This document shows, piece by piece, positions 7,581 through 9,975 of a stretch of DNA of 9,975 bases (the stretch's first letter is position 1; each line of letters opens with the position of its first letter). The notes under the pieces were generated by a model. It saw only the letters and a program-made list of their open reading frames with translations, did no database searches and was not told the origin of the DNA. The position numbers and the translations under genes were made by a program. This stretch comes from Octopus sinensis (lineage: Eukaryota), in assembly GCF_006345805.1 (NCBI RefSeq), contig NW_021827671.1, positions 1 to 9,975 on the forward strand, given 5' to 3'.

Positions 7581-8081
7581 TGACATTTAAATAAACTATG
7601 TATTACGTTTTTGAATCATATAACAGGAATTATAGGAATTTCCACTATTAGACAAAATCCTTATTTAATGGCCTAACTTTGGTTCAGAATTACTAAGGGG
7701 GACTTCATTTATCCGAAAACATTGCATTTTGTATCTCCCAGTGCCATTACTATCGTGTAACGCTTAAGTCCATGCTATCATATACATACACAAAAGATGA
7801 ACTGGTAAAGTATGTATCATCTATAACCTTTGTTTTGCAGTTTAGTTTGTTCTGTTGCTTTTGTCAACGAACATAGAAAAAAATCAAGGCTGATTTTTGT
7901 TTCTCTTTGCTTAAAGAAGCATTCACATCGATGCTTCACCAAATCCTTTTTGCTAACACTAAGCGTGATCGCAAAGAAAGAACGAAAGAACGCGATACAC
8001 ACATGTATCTATATATATATAGGATTATGTTTGTAAGTATGTGTGTATGTTAGTGCCTGTGTGTCTACAATAATGCTTTCA

Positions 8082-8246
8082 AATCTAAGATCCACCGCAT
8101 AAACATGTAAATATATTAGCAAATGTATTGGTGTATCACTAAAAGATTAAAATATTGATTCTAACTGACAACGTTCAAAACAGAAGAAACCAAATCTTTT
8201 TATTCACCCAGAAGGAAATTAAAGAAGGAAGCTTTTAACCATATTC
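8082..8246 (+). repeat. Third, dispersed copy of the Penelope fragment (homologous to 7099-7259)
   Basis: About 18 mismatches plus one 4-nt indel over about 161 nt by hand alignment. Flanked by a 22-bp direct repeat at 8063-8084 and 8254-8275. Confidence 0.95.
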
Positions 8247-8257
8247 TATCATAGTCT

Positions 8258-8458
8258 ATAATAATGCTTTCAAATGTTGGTGCACTTCGAGAAAGGGGTA
8301 AGTCGATTATTTCGGTGCTTAAGTGATACTTATTTTATCGATCCCGATATGATGAAAAGTAAAGTCGACCTCAGAGGAATTTGAACTCAGAACGTAAAGG
8401 CGGACGAAATGCCGCTCAGCGTTTTGCTCGGCGTACTAAAGATTCTGCCAGCTCGCTA
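8258..8458 (-). mobile_element. Diverged near full-length SINE family A copy
   Basis: 'gatacttattttatcgatcccgatatgatgaaaagtaaagtcgacctcagaggaatttgaactcagaacgtaaagg...gattctgccagctcgc' aligns with 2700-2835. B box at 8376-8388. AAT-rich tail at about 8258-8290. Confidence 0.9.
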
Positions 8459-8639
8459 TCTGATATGTGCCTATAATAATAACTATCAAAAATATACATA
8501 GAATATCCAAGTATCTTATTTCATTGACCATCTCTTCCCTTATTACAAATCATTCCTGCAGCGGACTCCTGTTCAAAAAGACAGAGGAATCTGGCAAGTC
8601 GTACGATTACGTGGAGACTCGGAGTATTGAGTCAATTCC

Positions 8640-8720
8640 TTGACTGTAATTGCTCCAGGAAAGATAAAAGGGAAAGTCAAAACCGTCGGGTTTCGAACTC
8701 AGAACTTAAAACCGGTAAAG
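8640..8720 (-). mobile_element. Old SINE family A remnant
   Basis: 'aagataaaagggaaagtcaaaaccgtcgggtttcgaactcagaacttaaa' versus 'aggatgaaaggcaaagtcgacctcggcggaatttgaactcagaacgtaa' (2725-2773). Confidence 0.65.
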
Positions 8721-8844
8721 TGAATATCGAAGATTATTTATTCAACCTCTCACCCTACAGTTTCTTCCAATACCACCGACGTATCGTATTTTTATATTGA
8801 CATTTTCTCATAGAATATCCAATGCTCTAAGCGGAGTAAAAAGC

Positions 8845-8850
8845 AGAGAA

Positions 8851-8885
<35 letters not shown>

Positions 8886-8921
8886 GTGAGAGAGAGAGTG
8901 AGTGAGAGTGAGAGAGAGAGG
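8845..8921. repeat. (GA)n/(GAGT)n microsatellite
   Basis: Read directly. Confidence 0.95.
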
Positions 8922-9337
8922 GAAGAGTAAAGAAAACAAACAAAAGTATATAAAATAAGATGTAAACGCAGACATACCTCATTCAAAAGCAGGTGGTTAC
9001 TAGACAAAGGCCATTGACTTTTCGTTACAGGTCAAGTCAGACAGTCACAGAAATTAAATAAATAAAAAAAAAACGAAAATAAATCTTGTGATTTGATCAT
9101 TCTCGTTTCTCATTTTACATTTTACACAAAATAAAACAGCAACAGCAATAAGTAAATATAAAAAATAAAAAAAGAAAAAAACAACCCACCAAAACGAAAT
9201 TCTTATCGGGAGAAAATCAAACATTGGTAAACCAAAAGAGTCTGCAACAACCCCTTTCTAACCTCCGTCTTTTTGCCACCCAAATACCGCGTCACTACAA
9301 CGTCATACACCCATTTGTCCCTTAACGCATGTTACTT

Positions 9338-9340
<3 letters not shown>

Positions 9341-9382
<42 letters not shown>

Positions 9383-9852
9383 TTTGTGTGATGTATGTGT
9401 ATGCAATGTGTTTGCATGTATATATGTACATATGTATGTACATATATATATCTATATATATATATAGATATATATATATATATGTATATATATATATGTG
9501 TATAAATATTACACACGTATATAAACATATATATTTTTTTCTATACATGTGTGTGTGCATATGTGTATGTATATATATTTATATATTTTTCTGTATATAC
9601 ATACATACATACATACATATATATATATGTACGTATGTATGTATGTATGTATGTATGTACGTATGTATGTATGTATGTATGTATGTATGTATGTATGTAC
9701 GTATGTATGTATGTATGTATGTATGTATGTATGTACGTATGTATGTATGTACGTATGTATGTATGTATGTATGTATGTATGTATGTATGTATGTATGTAT
9801 ATGTATATATGTCTCTGTGTATGTATATGTGTGTGTGCGCGCGCGCGCGTGT
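9341..9852. repeat. Large compound microsatellite (TG)n-(TA)n-(TACA)n-(TATG)n with TACG interruptions-(TG)(CG)n
   Basis: Read directly. It explains all the YVCM and IHTY ORFs at 9273-9950. Confidence 0.98.
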
Positions 9853-9975
9853 ATACACACACTCTGATGCGTTTCGATGTGTTTTTGTACGTTTTGGGGG
9901 GGGGGGGTAGGAGGGGGGGATTTCTTATATATTTTGATTTTCGACTTCAAGTATCCTACATGACTTACATCACGT

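Noticed and set aside
6455-8275. Direct repeats as a CRISPR array or LTR pair
   Set aside because: The units are 165-340 bp, with no repeat-spacer periodicity, no TG...CA termini and no PBS/PPT.
322-8720. Minus-strand bias of SINE copies as evidence for a host transcript direction
   Set aside because: Too few elements, and two are on the plus strand, so the bias is not meaningful.
9273-9950. Eight overlapping ORFs of 63-173 aa
   Set aside because: They are translations of stop-free (TG)n, (TA)n and (TATG)n microsatellites, open in several frames on both strands.

Overview
AT-rich, repeat-dense eukaryotic non-coding DNA with no supportable intact protein-coding gene. Most ORFs in the track are translations of microsatellites. 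The interspersed repeats closely resemble tRNA-derived SINE families I recall from octopus genomes, so the host is probably a cephalopod (from memory, not a search). Contents: (i) about 6 copies or fragments of a tRNA-derived SINE ('family A'; best copy 2631-2838, minus strand, with A and B boxes) and 2 fragments of a second SINE ('family B'); (ii) a decayed Penelope-like retroelement GIY-YIG endonuclease region missed by the ORF track (6455-7302), with a 340-bp tandem duplication and a third 165-bp copy at 8082-8246 inside a 22-bp direct repeat; (iii) a minimal type-I hammerhead-ribozyme-like motif with a variant core heading a short microsatellite-tailed element (5041-5165, minus strand); (iv) a 146-bp hAT-like MITE with a degenerate 8-bp TSD; (v) a possible very old RTE-like LINE remnant; (vi) many compound microsatellites.
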